Source: an uncultured delta proteobacterium (GTDB lineage: Bacteria > Myxococcota > Myxococcia > Myxococcales > Myxococcaceae). From it: a stretch of DNA of 64,000 nt. The position numbers were made by a program, and so were the translations under genes. The stretch spans positions 256,001 through 320,000 of the forward strand of contig CAVQKE010000005.1 of NCBI GenBank assembly GCA_963713045.1, read 5' to 3'. Shown one piece after another: positions 32,524 to 42,390 of this stretch. Each line of letters starts with the position of its first letter. Position 1 is the stretch's first letter. A model generated the notes under the pieces. That model saw only the letters and a program-made list of their open reading frames with translations, searched no databases and was not told where the DNA came from.

Positions 32524-33843
32524 TCATGGAACGCTCCTCGACGACGGATTGAGGTCGGCGTCCAATCTCAAGCGCTTGCTTCGCCACAGCCAGAAGACAG
32601 CGCCGACCAGCGCTCCATACTCGACCAGAAGCGCCCAGCCAGGCACCGCCCATGGCACGCCGACGAGCCCCCACGCGCTGTAGGCGCTCAGGATGGATAC
32701 CGTCCAAATCGTCAACGGCATCGTCGGCGGCGCGACCAGAAACGGCGTGAGCCAGAGGAGATACCAGGGGTAGACCAATGGCGCACAAACCAGCACTGCC
32801 GCCATCGGCCACGCCCAGGCTTGCGGCGAAGCCAGCGAGAGCCGACGCCGCGCCCAAACGCCGACCGCCAAACCAACGGCAACTGCGAACCCGGTGGCCG
32901 CGGGCGGCCCTACAAGCGAGGCGACACCCGAGAAGATTGGCCCGTTGAAGCGGAAACGATGAATTACTTCCGGAACAGACCCGATGGGCAGGCCGCGGTG
33001 GTCCCAGAACAGCACATAAAGCACCAGCAGCAAGGCGCCTGCGACGACGACATGGCGTCGCGAGACACGGCGCCACAGGAGCGGCAAGAGAACGATTGGA
33101 AGGGGCTTCACTGCTACCGACAGCGCAAAGGCGACGCTCCCCACAAATTTCCGGCCGCGCGCGAGGGCAAACGCAGCGCAGGCGACGAGGAGCGCGCCGA
33201 CCACGTCCACGTGCCCGTGACGGGCGACCTCGAGCGAGACGAGCGGGCTCCACAGGTACGCAAGCACCCAGCCGGGGTTTGCGCCGGCGGCGAGGAGCGA
33301 ACGCCACACGACAAACGCCAGCAGCGCGTCACAGAGCAGAACGGCTACCTTGATGCTCCGCGCTGATTCACTCAGCGTCGTCGCCGCGAGGAAGAAGAGC
33401 TGCGCGCCCGGAGGGTAGGGGCTCGGCACGTCGGGGTTGTTTACCGGCCAGTTCTCGCTGGTCCGCAGATGCGCGAATGCAGGGTCGGCCGGAACGACTG
33501 CATAAGGGCTGAGGCCCGCCCGGACGAGGTGCGCGTCCCATAGGTAGCGGCGCAAGTCAGCGTTAGGTTCGGGAGGCGTCAGCAGCATCGGCACCCGCCA
33601 GGCCAGCGCCAGGACGGCGCAGGCCAGCAGCATCCGCGCGGAAGGCCGTAGGCCGTTCGTCACCTGGTGCAGCGCTGCGAGGTAGCCGACCGCGGCCAGT
33701 GCGAGCAGAACGAAGAACGCGGCCGAGCCGTCGGCCGGTCGAATCAGGCCGAAGGTGACGAGCGCCGAACCAACGATGGCGCCGCTGATGCACAGTCCAT
33801 GGCTGGCGCGCATCGGTCTCCTGGCGTCATCCGGCGCGCTCAT
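32524..33843 (-). CDS. Membrane GT-C fold glycosyltransferase (GT87/DUF2029-like)
   Basis: DLRRYLWD, SPY, SPYPP, WSPL..LE...GHVD, VK.LP, FRFNG, YPWYLLW and ~10 TM segments. Start approximate. Confidence 0.8.
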   Translation of the reverse strand: MSAPDDARRPMRASHGLCISGAIVGSALVTFGLIRPADGSAAFFVLLALAAVGYLAALHQVTNGLRPSARMLLACAVLALAWRVPMLLTPPEPNADLRRYLWDAHLVRAGLSPYAVVPADPAFAHLRTSENWPVNNPDVPSPYPPGAQLFFLAATTLSESARSIKVAVLLCDALLAFVVWRSLLAAGANPGWVLAYLWSPLVSLEVARHGHVDVVGALLVACAAFALARGRKFVGSVAFALSVAVKPLPIVLLPLLWRRVSRRHVVVAGALLLVLYVLFWDHRGLPIGSVPEVIHRFRFNGPIFSGVASLVGPPAATGFAVAVGLAVGVWARRRLSLASPQAWAWPMAAVLVCAPLVYPWYLLWLTPFLVAPPTMPLTIWTVSILSAYSAWGLVGVPWAVPGWALLVEYGALVGAVFWLWRSKRLRLDADLNPSSRSVP

Positions 33844-34549
33844 CGTCGTGGTCGCCCCAACCCGGTCGCCACGATGCGAGGAGAGCGGCCGTGCGAGGCG
33901 CTCGCGCGGGTTCGATGCGTAGCTCGGCGGCGAGCCGGCGCAAATCCGCCGGCACGTCCACATCGTACGACGCTTCGGTGAAAGCCACCGGCAAGCCGAG
34001 TGTTCGCGCGTTCCCGAGCAGCGCATCGCGAGCATTCCCTGTGCCCAGCGGAGTCAACTCGAACAGGCGCGGGTGCATCGCCGACGCCCCGACAAGGTAG
34101 TAGCCGCCGTCCTCGGTCGGTCCCACCACCAACTCGTGGGTCTCCAGAAGCTGAAAGGCCGACTGTAGGGTGGCGAGGGGCAGGTGCGGACTGTCGCTGT
34201 CGACCGCAATCACACGGCGGAACTCCGGGACGAAATGCTCGAAGGCCGAAACCAACGCGGCGCCGAGCCCGCTGCCGCGCTGGCCGACGACGTGTACCCT
34301 CGCCGGCAAGCGCGCTTGGATGTCGGCCACCTCCTCAGAAGGGCACATCACGGCCACGTGGACGCGAGAGAGTTTCTGCACCAGCGTCAACGTGTCGCGC
34401 AGCATGGCCTCGGCGAGCTGGACGACGTCGGCTGCCGGGTACGCGCCGGCCAGTCTCGTCTTGGCGAAACCTTCCCGGGGAGCCTTCGCCATGACCACGA
34501 CGGCCCCACGCATTTCTTTGGTTCGGCAATCGACACTGCTTCGGCTCAT
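33827..34549 (-). CDS. DUF2064/TIGR04282-type (CofC-like GT-A) transferase
   Basis: MAKAPREGFAKTRL, QRGSGLG, DSDSP, GPTEDGGYYLVG, DVDVPADL. ATGA coupling to the upstream GT2. Confidence 0.88.
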   Translation of the reverse strand: MSRSSVDCRTKEMRGAVVVMAKAPREGFAKTRLAGAYPAADVVQLAEAMLRDTLTLVQKLSRVHVAVMCPSEEVADIQARLPARVHVVGQRGSGLGAALVSAFEHFVPEFRRVIAVDSDSPHLPLATLQSAFQLLETHELVVGPTEDGGYYLVGASAMHPRLFELTPLGTGNARDALLGNARTLGLPVAFTEASYDVDVPADLRRLAAELRIEPARAPRTAALLASWRPGWGDHDDERAG

Positions 34550-35259
34550 TTCACGGGTCCGGGTTCGGTTCGACTCGTCGCCGCGCCGAGCCGGTTCTTC
34601 AGGATGCCCGCGAGGATGCACCAGGCGGCGCCGATCGAGCCTCGCACCGTTCCGCTAATCTTCGAAACGCCGATGCGCCGATGGTAGCTGACGGGGACCT
34701 CCGTCACTCTGTAGCCGCGCATCGCGCCGCGCGTCACCAACTCGACGGGCCAGCCGTAGGTCATCTCGCGTAAGTCGAGGGCCCGCAGCACTTCGGAGCG
34801 CGCGGCCCGGAACGGCCCGAGATCCGTCAACGAGACACCGTACAGCAACTGGATCAACGTCGCCGCAAGGCGGTTCCCGAACACGGCGTGCCACGGCATC
34901 GCCCCTGGCTCAAGACCGCCGGCAAGTCGCGATCCGAGGACGATGTCTGCGGAACCTTCGCGGATCGGGTCGAGCAGACGCCCCAGCTCGCAAGGCCGGT
35001 CACTGTAATCCCCGTCGAGGAATACGACGGTGTCCGGTTCCTTCGCGGCTGCCAGGCCAGCCAGGCAGGCGCGACCGTATCCGCGACGTGGCTCGACGAT
35101 GACACGCGCGCCACGCGCGGCTGCAATCTCCCGGGTCCCGTCAGTCGAGTCAGCATCGACGACCAGCACTTCCGTGACCAGGGACGCAGGAAGTTCGTCC
35201 AGGACGCGTGCGATGGACCCAGCCTCGTTGTAGGTGGGGATGACAACGCTGACTCGCAT
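34546..35259 (-). CDS. Glycosyltransferase family 2 (Dpm1-like polyprenyl-phosphate glycosyltransferase)
   Basis: VVIPTYNEA, VDADSTDGT, RGYGRAC, FLDGDYSD, GSR, TDLGPFRA, RIGVSKISGT. Confidence 0.92.
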   Translation of the reverse strand: MRVSVVIPTYNEAGSIARVLDELPASLVTEVLVVDADSTDGTREIAAARGARVIVEPRRGYGRACLAGLAAAKEPDTVVFLDGDYSDRPCELGRLLDPIREGSADIVLGSRLAGGLEPGAMPWHAVFGNRLAATLIQLLYGVSLTDLGPFRAARSEVLRALDLREMTYGWPVELVTRGAMRGYRVTEVPVSYHRRIGVSKISGTVRGSIGAAWCILAGILKNRLGAATSRTEPGPVK

Positions 35260-35270
35260 CCGGAATCGAC

Positions 35271-35738
35271 CTATCCGAGGCGCCAACCCGGACGGCGGCG
35301 CGCGATCAGGCCGTCGAGGCCCCACCTGCGCCCGGAACGCACCGAGGCGAGGCTGAATGCGACGATGATGGGCATGCCCAGCTCCCATATCCAAGCGCTG
35401 CCGAATTCCGACAGCCACAGGGTGAAGAGCCACGCTCCGGCGGCGGCCGCCGCGGCGCGGCTGGCCGCCCCCGCCACGAGGAGCACGCCAAGCCCGAGCT
35501 CGGTCGCAGCCTGGAGCGGCGCGGCGACCCGCGCGTTGGCTGCAGCCATGGACATGACGCTTTTCCAGACGCCGGGTGCGTGCCCATTCTTCAGGTAGTA
35601 GTCGATGACTCCCTGGTACCCAGCCGGTGTGTACGCGCCTTTCCCCAGGTTTTCGAAGAAAACCCAGACGAACATCGTGCCGAGGGCCACACGCAACACC
35701 GCCAGCGCGCGCTGCTCCCTGGAAGCATTGTTGTCCAC
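35271..35738 (-). CDS. DoxX/DoxD family membrane protein
   Basis: LAVLRVALG, ELGLGVLLVAG, GRRWGLDG. GTG start with GAGGGG SD. Confidence 0.78.
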   Translation of the reverse strand: MDNNASREQRALAVLRVALGTMFVWVFFENLGKGAYTPAGYQGVIDYYLKNGHAPGVWKSVMSMAAANARVAAPLQAATELGLGVLLVAGAASRAAAAAAGAWLFTLWLSEFGSAWIWELGMPIIVAFSLASVRSGRRWGLDGLIARRRPGWRLG

Positions 35739-35959
35739 AGGACCCCTCACTTTCCCAGTCGTTGCCTCGCCATTATAGCCCACAGGGTCCGCGGTCGAGA
35801 CGAGCGGGATTCTTACTGTTCCAGCGGTGCCGGTGTGTTGACGGTCCAAGACCTGTGCGCCGACTCTGGCACTATTCTGCGTCGGCCACGGTGGCACTCA
35901 TGGTTGTTAGGCCAACGCGGGGGGGGGCCACGAGTTGAGAAGCACCTCCCTGCAACACC

Positions 35960-37027
35960 TTACTTCCTGGTTTGGATTGGCTCATCCAGGAAGCACTGGA
36001 CCTCCCGCAACAGCATCATCCGGTTTTTCTCCCGGTCCACCGTGTGTGTCCCCTCGCCCAACTCGATGTAACGCTTCGAGGGCGAGTTCACGAGCCGCAC
36101 GAACAAGGACTGGGCCATATAGCTGGGCGTGATGTTGTCCCACTCGGCTTTGATGAGCAGGACTGGAACGCGGATGTCCTTGACGTCAAAGGGAATGGTT
36201 GCCCCACTTTCGTAGCGCATGACGTCGAAGAGGGCTCCATTGGGAGCCCGGAACACCGGAGGATGCTGCTGCCAACCCTCGGGGTCGGTGTCAAGCTGAG
36301 CCGAGGCCCAAGCGTCGAGCCACCCTTCTGGTATCAGGTCAGCCTTCTTGTCCTCCGGGACTCCCGCGAGCGCTTCGGCTCTGAGCTGTGCAGCTGTAAA
36401 GGAACTGTAGGCCCCGAACTGGCCAGCGGCAGGGGGCGCCATCGAAGGCGTCTGGCGAATCCAGAGGGGCCCATACAGAACCAGCTTGTTGACGTTGGTG
36501 TTGTTCTTTGCGGCGTACCACTGAGCGATGAAGGTTCCCCAGGACCATGCCAGCACATCGAGCTTGCCAATGCCTCGCCGGTGCTTGATGAACTCAACCA
36601 CGGCGGCCACGTCCCGGACGGCCTCTTCCGTTGTCGCAACGGGCGCCGACTCAGCGGGGGGCAGACTCATCTGGGGCGGGCGCGTGGAGCGGCCGTAACC
36701 GCGGACATCCATCAGGTAGACGTCGTAGCCATCGTCAGCAATGAAGTCCATCCACGAGAAGCCGCCGAGGCTCAGGTCGAAGGTGCTTTCCGAAGGGCCA
36801 ACTGCTCCATGGATGAAGAGCACGGTCTTTGTTGCTTCGAAACTCGTCATCGTCGATGGGTGCTTATTCCGGACAAAGATGTCGATTCCAGGGTCGCTGT
36901 GGACCTTGAACTCCTCCATTGCCAGGCTGGTACCCGGGTTGGGCGGTGTCGCAGCCTCCGCAGCAGAATAGGCGAGCAGAAGGCCCATCAGATTTACGCC
37001 CAACTGTAGAATTAACGACGAGTGCAT
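35960..37027 (-). CDS. Secreted alpha/beta hydrolase
   Basis: LFIHGA, DVRGYGRS, nucleophile AWSWG, PVLLIKAEWD, GTH. Hydrophobic leader. Confidence 0.87.
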   Translation of the reverse strand: MHSSLILQLGVNLMGLLLAYSAAEAATPPNPGTSLAMEEFKVHSDPGIDIFVRNKHPSTMTSFEATKTVLFIHGAVGPSESTFDLSLGGFSWMDFIADDGYDVYLMDVRGYGRSTRPPQMSLPPAESAPVATTEEAVRDVAAVVEFIKHRRGIGKLDVLAWSWGTFIAQWYAAKNNTNVNKLVLYGPLWIRQTPSMAPPAAGQFGAYSSFTAAQLRAEALAGVPEDKKADLIPEGWLDAWASAQLDTDPEGWQQHPPVFRAPNGALFDVMRYESGATIPFDVKDIRVPVLLIKAEWDNITPSYMAQSLFVRLVNSPSKRYIELGEGTHTVDREKNRMMLLREVQCFLDEPIQTRK

Positions 37028-37437
37028 GAGGCCCTCTCCGCTATTCTCGGCCTTGAGGTGGCGGCCGCCGGACCTCACATGGTGAGTGTCGCCGACCCCG
37101 CCGTCACAATGGTGACGTGACAGCAGAGGGGCTTAACCGCGGACATAGAGCCTCGGCAACACGCCGTTGTCAGGGTTAGCGATGCCATCCGGGTCGGCCT
37201 CAGCCACCTGGAGGCTCTTGGGCGTCTGGAACTCCCACAGCTGAGATGCAGGCAGGAAGCCCACAGACACGTGGTCCAAATGGCCTTCTTTAGCAGCAGT
37301 TGGTCGCGGCGAAGAGTGACTCAGGTGAAGTGGGCTTGCTCGGCCCGGCATCGGTGGGTGGCCCCCTCGCCCATGCAGAAGACTGCTTCTGGCGAGGGAA
37401 CATCAAGAGGCTACCAAAATCAGCGTGACTTCAGTTC

Positions 37438-38319
37438 CTACTTGGTTCGGATAAATCCGAAGGTAGCTCCGGCCGAGTTTACATAGAAGCCGACGATGGT
37501 ACCCGAAGGATTAATCCCGGATGCGCCAGTGCCCTGACCGGAGCTTGTGCCGGCGTCCGGTGCTTCGAAGGTCGTGAAAACGCCCTTGCTGAGGATGAAA
37601 GCGCCGGCGACGCCGTTGGCGTCGGCGTATTGGCCTACGACATCGCCCTCGGCGTTACCACCTCCAGCAAACGTGAATACCGCACCTGGAACGTCAATGG
37701 TGGTGTACGTCCCGTGGTCAAGCACGTACCCATGAGAGTTTCCGGCACTATCAATGTAAAAACCGACGACTTTGCCGGAAGGGCTAACAGTACTGGCCGC
37801 ACTGCTGATTGCCCCGGGTGGGTCGAAGCTCGTAAAGACGCCCTTTTTAGAGAGTACAAAACTGTGGGTGATCGTGTTGCAGAGGGGCGCGTCACAGGAT
37901 TCTCCTGAGATTTCACCCGATGGACTGATACCAGTCAGAATGGTGCCGGCCGCCCCTGGGAAGTCGCACGTTGTGTATGTTCCCTCATTCAGAACAAAAC
38001 CGCGGCTGATGCCCGACGCATCCAGATAACCGCCAACAATCACTCCCTCCGGATTGATAAAGTTAGGAGTCGTAAACGCGGAACCCGGAGGATCGAACGA
38101 CGTGAATGTGCCCCCTTTCGTCAACGTGAAGCCGTGAGTGACGCCAGAGGTGTCGGTATAATCACCGACGCTCGTGCCTTCTGGATTGGGGCCGCCGGTT
38201 AAAATGGTGGTCACCGCACCAGGAAATTGGACGGTCGTAAACTCTTGTGCCGACGCAGCCGACGGTACAAACGAGACGCTGATCGGCAAAACGACAAAGA
38301 AGCGAAGTATTTTGTGCAT
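37438..38319 (-). CDS. Secreted six-repeat protein (HAF-like, probable beta-propeller)
   Basis: SD AAGGAG, signal peptide ASA-QE, six ~44-aa repeats F/YT(T/S)xDxPGA...(N/S)PxGxxVGxYxDxxGxxxGF. Confidence 0.85.
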   Translation of the reverse strand: MHKILRFFVVLPISVSFVPSAASAQEFTTVQFPGAVTTILTGGPNPEGTSVGDYTDTSGVTHGFTLTKGGTFTSFDPPGSAFTTPNFINPEGVIVGGYLDASGISRGFVLNEGTYTTCDFPGAAGTILTGISPSGEISGESCDAPLCNTITHSFVLSKKGVFTSFDPPGAISSAASTVSPSGKVVGFYIDSAGNSHGYVLDHGTYTTIDVPGAVFTFAGGGNAEGDVVGQYADANGVAGAFILSKGVFTTFEAPDAGTSSGQGTGASGINPSGTIVGFYVNSAGATFGFIRTK

Positions 38320-38533
38320 GCGAAGCTCCTTTCCCCGCATCGAGAACGCGTCCGAAACCTGTGCGCGTTCGGTAAGAACCGTGAAAAGCTTTCAAGAGTG
38401 CATCTCATCGCAATGCAATCGGCACCCCGAGCCGAGGAAGGTGCGCGATGTGGGTTCCCCTGTTGGTCTCTAAATTTCGGCTCAGTTAGACCGCCACCTG
38501 GCGTCCTAAGTGCCATGAAGGGTACGGTTCGTT

Positions 38534-38577
38534 TGGTCCATCGCCTAGGTCCAATTCATGGCAAGTTGATTGGACCA
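38534..38577. promoter_or_regulatory. Putative MocR/GabR operator (direct plus inverted GGTCCA repeats)
   Basis: TGGTCCA (38534) then the perfect inverted repeat GGTCCAAT-N13-ATTGGACC (38548-38576), just upstream of the MocR ATG. Confidence 0.6.
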
Positions 38578-38591
38578 AGGGGAGCCCCGCA

Positions 38592-40100
38592 ATGACCGAC
38601 GCCAGGCCTTCGTCGGAGTTCCCGCTGATGCTGGACCTCTCTGGCGGGCGGTCCCTGCAGCTCGCGGTTCACGACGCGCTTCGCGCCGCCATCCTTGACC
38701 GGCGCCTCGGCGCGGGCGCACGCCTTCCAGCGACTCGAGACCTTGCTCATCAGCTCGGCGTCGCGCGAGGAACGGTGGTCCTCGCATACGAGCAGCTCAG
38801 CGCCGAGGGCTACTTCCGCTGCGCTCGCGGGGCCGGCACCTTCGTTGTGGAGACGCTGCCAGATGGCTGGTTTTCGCCCGCAACCCGTGCCTCTTCCTCT
38901 CGCAAGCGCCGACTCTCGGTCACGCTATCGGAGCGCGGCTCTTCGCTTGCTAAAGGGCTCTTCCCGGTGGCCGCACCCGGGCCACCGAGGCCATTTCTGC
39001 CCTACACGCCAGCGGTCGACTTGTTCCCGCGCATTCGTTGGGGGCAGCTGATGGCGCGTCAGGCGCGAAGGTCAGAGCCCCGGCGTTTCCGGGACGTGGA
39101 CGTTCGCGGATATCGTCCGCTGCGTGAGGCACTCGCGGAGCACCTGCGTGTGTCACGAGGAGTCCGTTGTGACGCCGACCGAATCCTCATCTTTTCGGGC
39201 GTCCATCAGGCGCTCGATGTCGCTTCTCGCCTCCTGCTCGACCGAGGCGATTCAGTTTGGATGGAGGATCCGGGCTACTTTGGCGCCCGCCGTGTCCTCG
39301 AGGCGTCGGGGCTGAAGCTTGTGCCGGTACCGGTCGACCGTGCCGGCTTGGACGTTTCGAGAGGCATCGCCACCGCCCCCCGCGCGCGGCTCGCGTATGT
39401 GACCCCTGCCCACCAAGCGCCGTTGGGCACCACACTGTCACTGGAGCGTCGGATGCTCCTCATCGGATGGGCCGACGCGGCCGGCGCCTGGGTTTTCGAG
39501 GACGACTACGACAGTGAATTCCGCTACGAGGGGAGACCTCTCCCGGCCATGCAGGGCCTTGACGATCGCGATGTCGTCCTGCATGCAGGGACGCTTAGCA
39601 AGTCAATGTTTCCTGGGCTGCGTTTGGCGTATCTCGTCGTCCCCGACGCGCTCGTCGACTCCTTCTCTGCGGGGATGTCCGCGCTGCACCGCTACGTCGC
39701 GCTTCTCCCGCAGGCCGTGGCTGCGGAATTCATCACCAGCGGAGAGCTGGGCCGTCATTTGCGGCGCATGCGCAGTGTCTACGCCGAGCGCCGGCTCGCG
39801 CTGGTGTCCGCAATCGCTTCCGAGCTCGGTGACCAGCTCGAGGTCCTCGGCTCGATGTGCGGGATGCAGGTCTTAGCGCGGTTTAAGACCAACGCGAATG
39901 ATCGGGCCATTTGCCGGCTGGCATTCGAGAACCAATTGGAGATGTTGCCACTTTCAAAGTTCGCCATTCGTCCGCTTCGCCCGGGAGGACTTGTCCTCGG
40001 GTTCGCCGCTGTGGACTCCGGACAGACAAAACGTGCGGTGCCTCGCCTGCGGGCAGTCATTGAGAGCACGCCGAACACCCTCGAAGATGCGAGCCGATAG
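38592..40100 (+). CDS. MocR/GabR family regulator (GntR wHTH + PLP aminotransferase-like domain)
   Basis: RLPATRDLA..LGVARGTV..AYEQL.AEGY, EDPGY, YVTPAHQ, EDDYDSEFRY, GTLSK (PLP Lys), PGLRL. Confidence 0.95.
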   Translation: MTDARPSSEFPLMLDLSGGRSLQLAVHDALRAAILDRRLGAGARLPATRDLAHQLGVARGTVVLAYEQLSAEGYFRCARGAGTFVVETLPDGWFSPATRASSSRKRRLSVTLSERGSSLAKGLFPVAAPGPPRPFLPYTPAVDLFPRIRWGQLMARQARRSEPRRFRDVDVRGYRPLREALAEHLRVSRGVRCDADRILIFSGVHQALDVASRLLLDRGDSVWMEDPGYFGARRVLEASGLKLVPVPVDRAGLDVSRGIATAPRARLAYVTPAHQAPLGTTLSLERRMLLIGWADAAGAWVFEDDYDSEFRYEGRPLPAMQGLDDRDVVLHAGTLSKSMFPGLRLAYLVVPDALVDSFSAGMSALHRYVALLPQAVAAEFITSGELGRHLRRMRSVYAERRLALVSAIASELGDQLEVLGSMCGMQVLARFKTNANDRAICRLAFENQLEMLPLSKFAIRPLRPGGLVLGFAAVDSGQTKRAVPRLRAVIESTPNTLEDASR

Positions 40101-40419
40101 ATGGGCACAGCGCCGAAACCACCAAGACGAACCGACCGCGAGGAAGGTGGATTGGTACCCAGTCTGAGCGTTGCGGCGCACAAGCGACTCACGATTCCAC
40201 ACTCATCACAATTGGTGGTTTACCCGCTTCACTCCCCTCCGGTGTGACAAGGTGCAGCGAGACTTTGCAATGGATTCTTCGGACTGTTTCGGGGGGCCGA
40301 GATGCTTTCGGGTCTCAGGCAGTAGGAATGGTTGACCCCTTGCGACGAGCGGGGGTTCGGGCTGTGCGAAACCAGAATGCTTCGGGCGTGTAGTTTCCCG
40401 CCCTGGTGGAGGGGACCGC

Positions 40420-42189
40420 TTGTCACTGCCTCCCGGCACGCCAGTCGGTCGCTACGTCGTCCGCCGGAAAATCGCTGAGGGCGGAATGGCAGAGGTGTAC
40501 CTAGCGTCAGCGAAAGGGCCGGCGGGATTCACCAAGGACGTGGTCATCAAGCGCGTCAGGCCGGTGTTGGTGGCTGACCCTGGCTTCGTAAAGATGTTCG
40601 TCTCCGAAGCTCAGCTCGCCAGTCAACTGAACCACCCGAACATTGTTCAGACTTTCGATTTTGACCTGCATGGTGACAGCTACTACCTGGCCATGGAGTA
40701 CGTGCATGGCAAATCCTTAGCCGAGGTCCTGGCTCGTGCCGGAGGAGCGGGACTCAATCCCGTGCTCATTGCGCAGGTTGGGCTCGAAATCGCTCGGGGA
40801 TTGGCGCACGCCCACCGCCTTGAACTTGTCCATCGTGACGTCTCGCCGCACAACATCCTCGTGTCGTTTGAAGGCGCGGTGAAGCTGACAGACTTTGGAA
40901 TCGCTAAGAGGGCCGACCATGCATCGAACAGCGGAATGCTCAAAGGCAAGTTCGCTTACATGGCGCCAGAGCAAGCGCGAGGTGAACCGGTCGACGCGCG
41001 GAGTGACATCTTCTCGCTCGGCATCATCCTTTGGGAGATGCTGACCGGGCGGCGACTTTTCGAAGGGGAGAGCGACCTCGCGCTGCTCCGTGCGGTTCAG
41101 CAGGGGCCCATCGAACTACCCTCAGGGCTGAACCCCCTTTGCGATTCCGAGTTGGAGAGCACCCTGATGCGCGCACTGGACCGAGAACCGGGCGCCCGGT
41201 TCCAGACGGCCGAGGAATTGGAGCGATGCCTATTCCAATACGTGATTGGTCACGCGCGAACCTCTGAGGACACCAGTCTCGGTGCCCTGATGCGCGGTCT
41301 CTTTTCAGAGGAGGTCGGGACAGCCGAGCAGTCGGGAAGAGAGCCGCTCCTTCTGACCCCGAGCAGGGAGAGTCCGGGCAAGGAATCGACCACCGGGCGC
41401 ACGACGCCTAGCCGCCGGCGCCGACGCTCGCGCGTGTTGGGGATGGGAACCGTCGTCATCCTCTGCATTGGCGCGCTGGTGGTGACGGTTGGCCCCTCAA
41501 GCGCGCAGCGCGTGCCGGCGAACGCAAGCCCCAGCCTCGGCTTGCAGGCCCCTCTGGTGGACCTGGCTGCGTGGCTGTCGCTTTCTGAATTGTTGCCCTG
41601 GCCGGTGGCTTTGGTTGCCCTTCTCACAGGCGCTTTCCTCCTCGTTGCCGGAGGTGGAAAGGCGTTCCGAGTGATTGCTTCACCGCTCGGTGCCTTCCTC
41701 GGGTGGCTTCTTGGTGAGGCTCTGGCGGCTCCCTTAGGACTCGTCGGTTACGAGGGAGTCCTCGGCCTCAGCCTGGCCGTCTTGCTCTTCGCTGCCGGTC
41801 TGTTTGCGCCAGCAGTCATGGTGGCCATCGCTTTAGGGGTGCCGGTGGGGCTCGGCTTCGGTGTCCTGCTCGGAACGCCAAACTTTCTGATTGGCTTCCT
41901 CCCGGCTGCGGCGCTTGGAGGAGCAATTGCCGGGTTTCTCCACCGCCCTCTGCGCGCCTTGGTGGCGACGACGGCGGGTGTGGCGATCGGGATGCTCGGT
42001 CTCCTCCGGCTGCTACAGGAGGTCCCGTTTGCTGCTGAGCTGCGCCGAACGCACCCGGGATGGCTTCTCGGTGTAGCCGCGACCTTTGCGTTTGGCGGCG
42101 CATTGCTTCAACTCGCGAGATGGACGCCGTCCGGCGAGCCTTCGGCCGGTGCCCCGGACCAGGGTCTGGAAAGCGATGGCATGCCGTAG
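40420..42189 (+). CDS. Ser/Thr protein kinase with polytopic membrane C-terminus
   Basis: AEGGMAEVY, VIK, HRDVSPHN, DFG, YMAPE, DIFSLG, then ~7-8 TM segments. Confidence 0.92.
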   Translation: MSLPPGTPVGRYVVRRKIAEGGMAEVYLASAKGPAGFTKDVVIKRVRPVLVADPGFVKMFVSEAQLASQLNHPNIVQTFDFDLHGDSYYLAMEYVHGKSLAEVLARAGGAGLNPVLIAQVGLEIARGLAHAHRLELVHRDVSPHNILVSFEGAVKLTDFGIAKRADHASNSGMLKGKFAYMAPEQARGEPVDARSDIFSLGIILWEMLTGRRLFEGESDLALLRAVQQGPIELPSGLNPLCDSELESTLMRALDREPGARFQTAEELERCLFQYVIGHARTSEDTSLGALMRGLFSEEVGTAEQSGREPLLLTPSRESPGKESTTGRTTPSRRRRRSRVLGMGTVVILCIGALVVTVGPSSAQRVPANASPSLGLQAPLVDLAAWLSLSELLPWPVALVALLTGAFLLVAGGGKAFRVIASPLGAFLGWLLGEALAAPLGLVGYEGVLGLSLAVLLFAAGLFAPAVMVAIALGVPVGLGFGVLLGTPNFLIGFLPAAALGGAIAGFLHRPLRALVATTAGVAIGMLGLLRLLQEVPFAAELRRTHPGWLLGVAATFAFGGALLQLARWTPSGEPSAGAPDQGLESDGMP

Positions 42190-42390
42190 TGGCTGAGGCT
42201 GGCAACGGTGTTGCGAGCTCCGGACGCTCCCAGACGCAATGGACAGTCGAGGCGTGGACGCCGAGCCTCTCGGCACCTGGCAGACGCTCAAGAGCCACTC
42301 ACCACAACGGTTAGCGCCTTCAGGCTCGCAGCTTGTGTCCCGTCTATGTGTCCAGGTTCGACGCGCTGCGCGGACGTGCCAACGACTTGG

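Noticed and set aside
37133..37351. 72-aa minus-strand ORF (…VGFLPASQLWEFQTPKS…LPRLYVRG)
   Set aside because: Could be a gene remnant, but I recognise no family or RBS.
38500..38514. Minus-strand TGGCAC-TTAGG-ACGC sigma54-like motif
   Set aside because: The -12 element is poor (ACGC). A chance match is likely.
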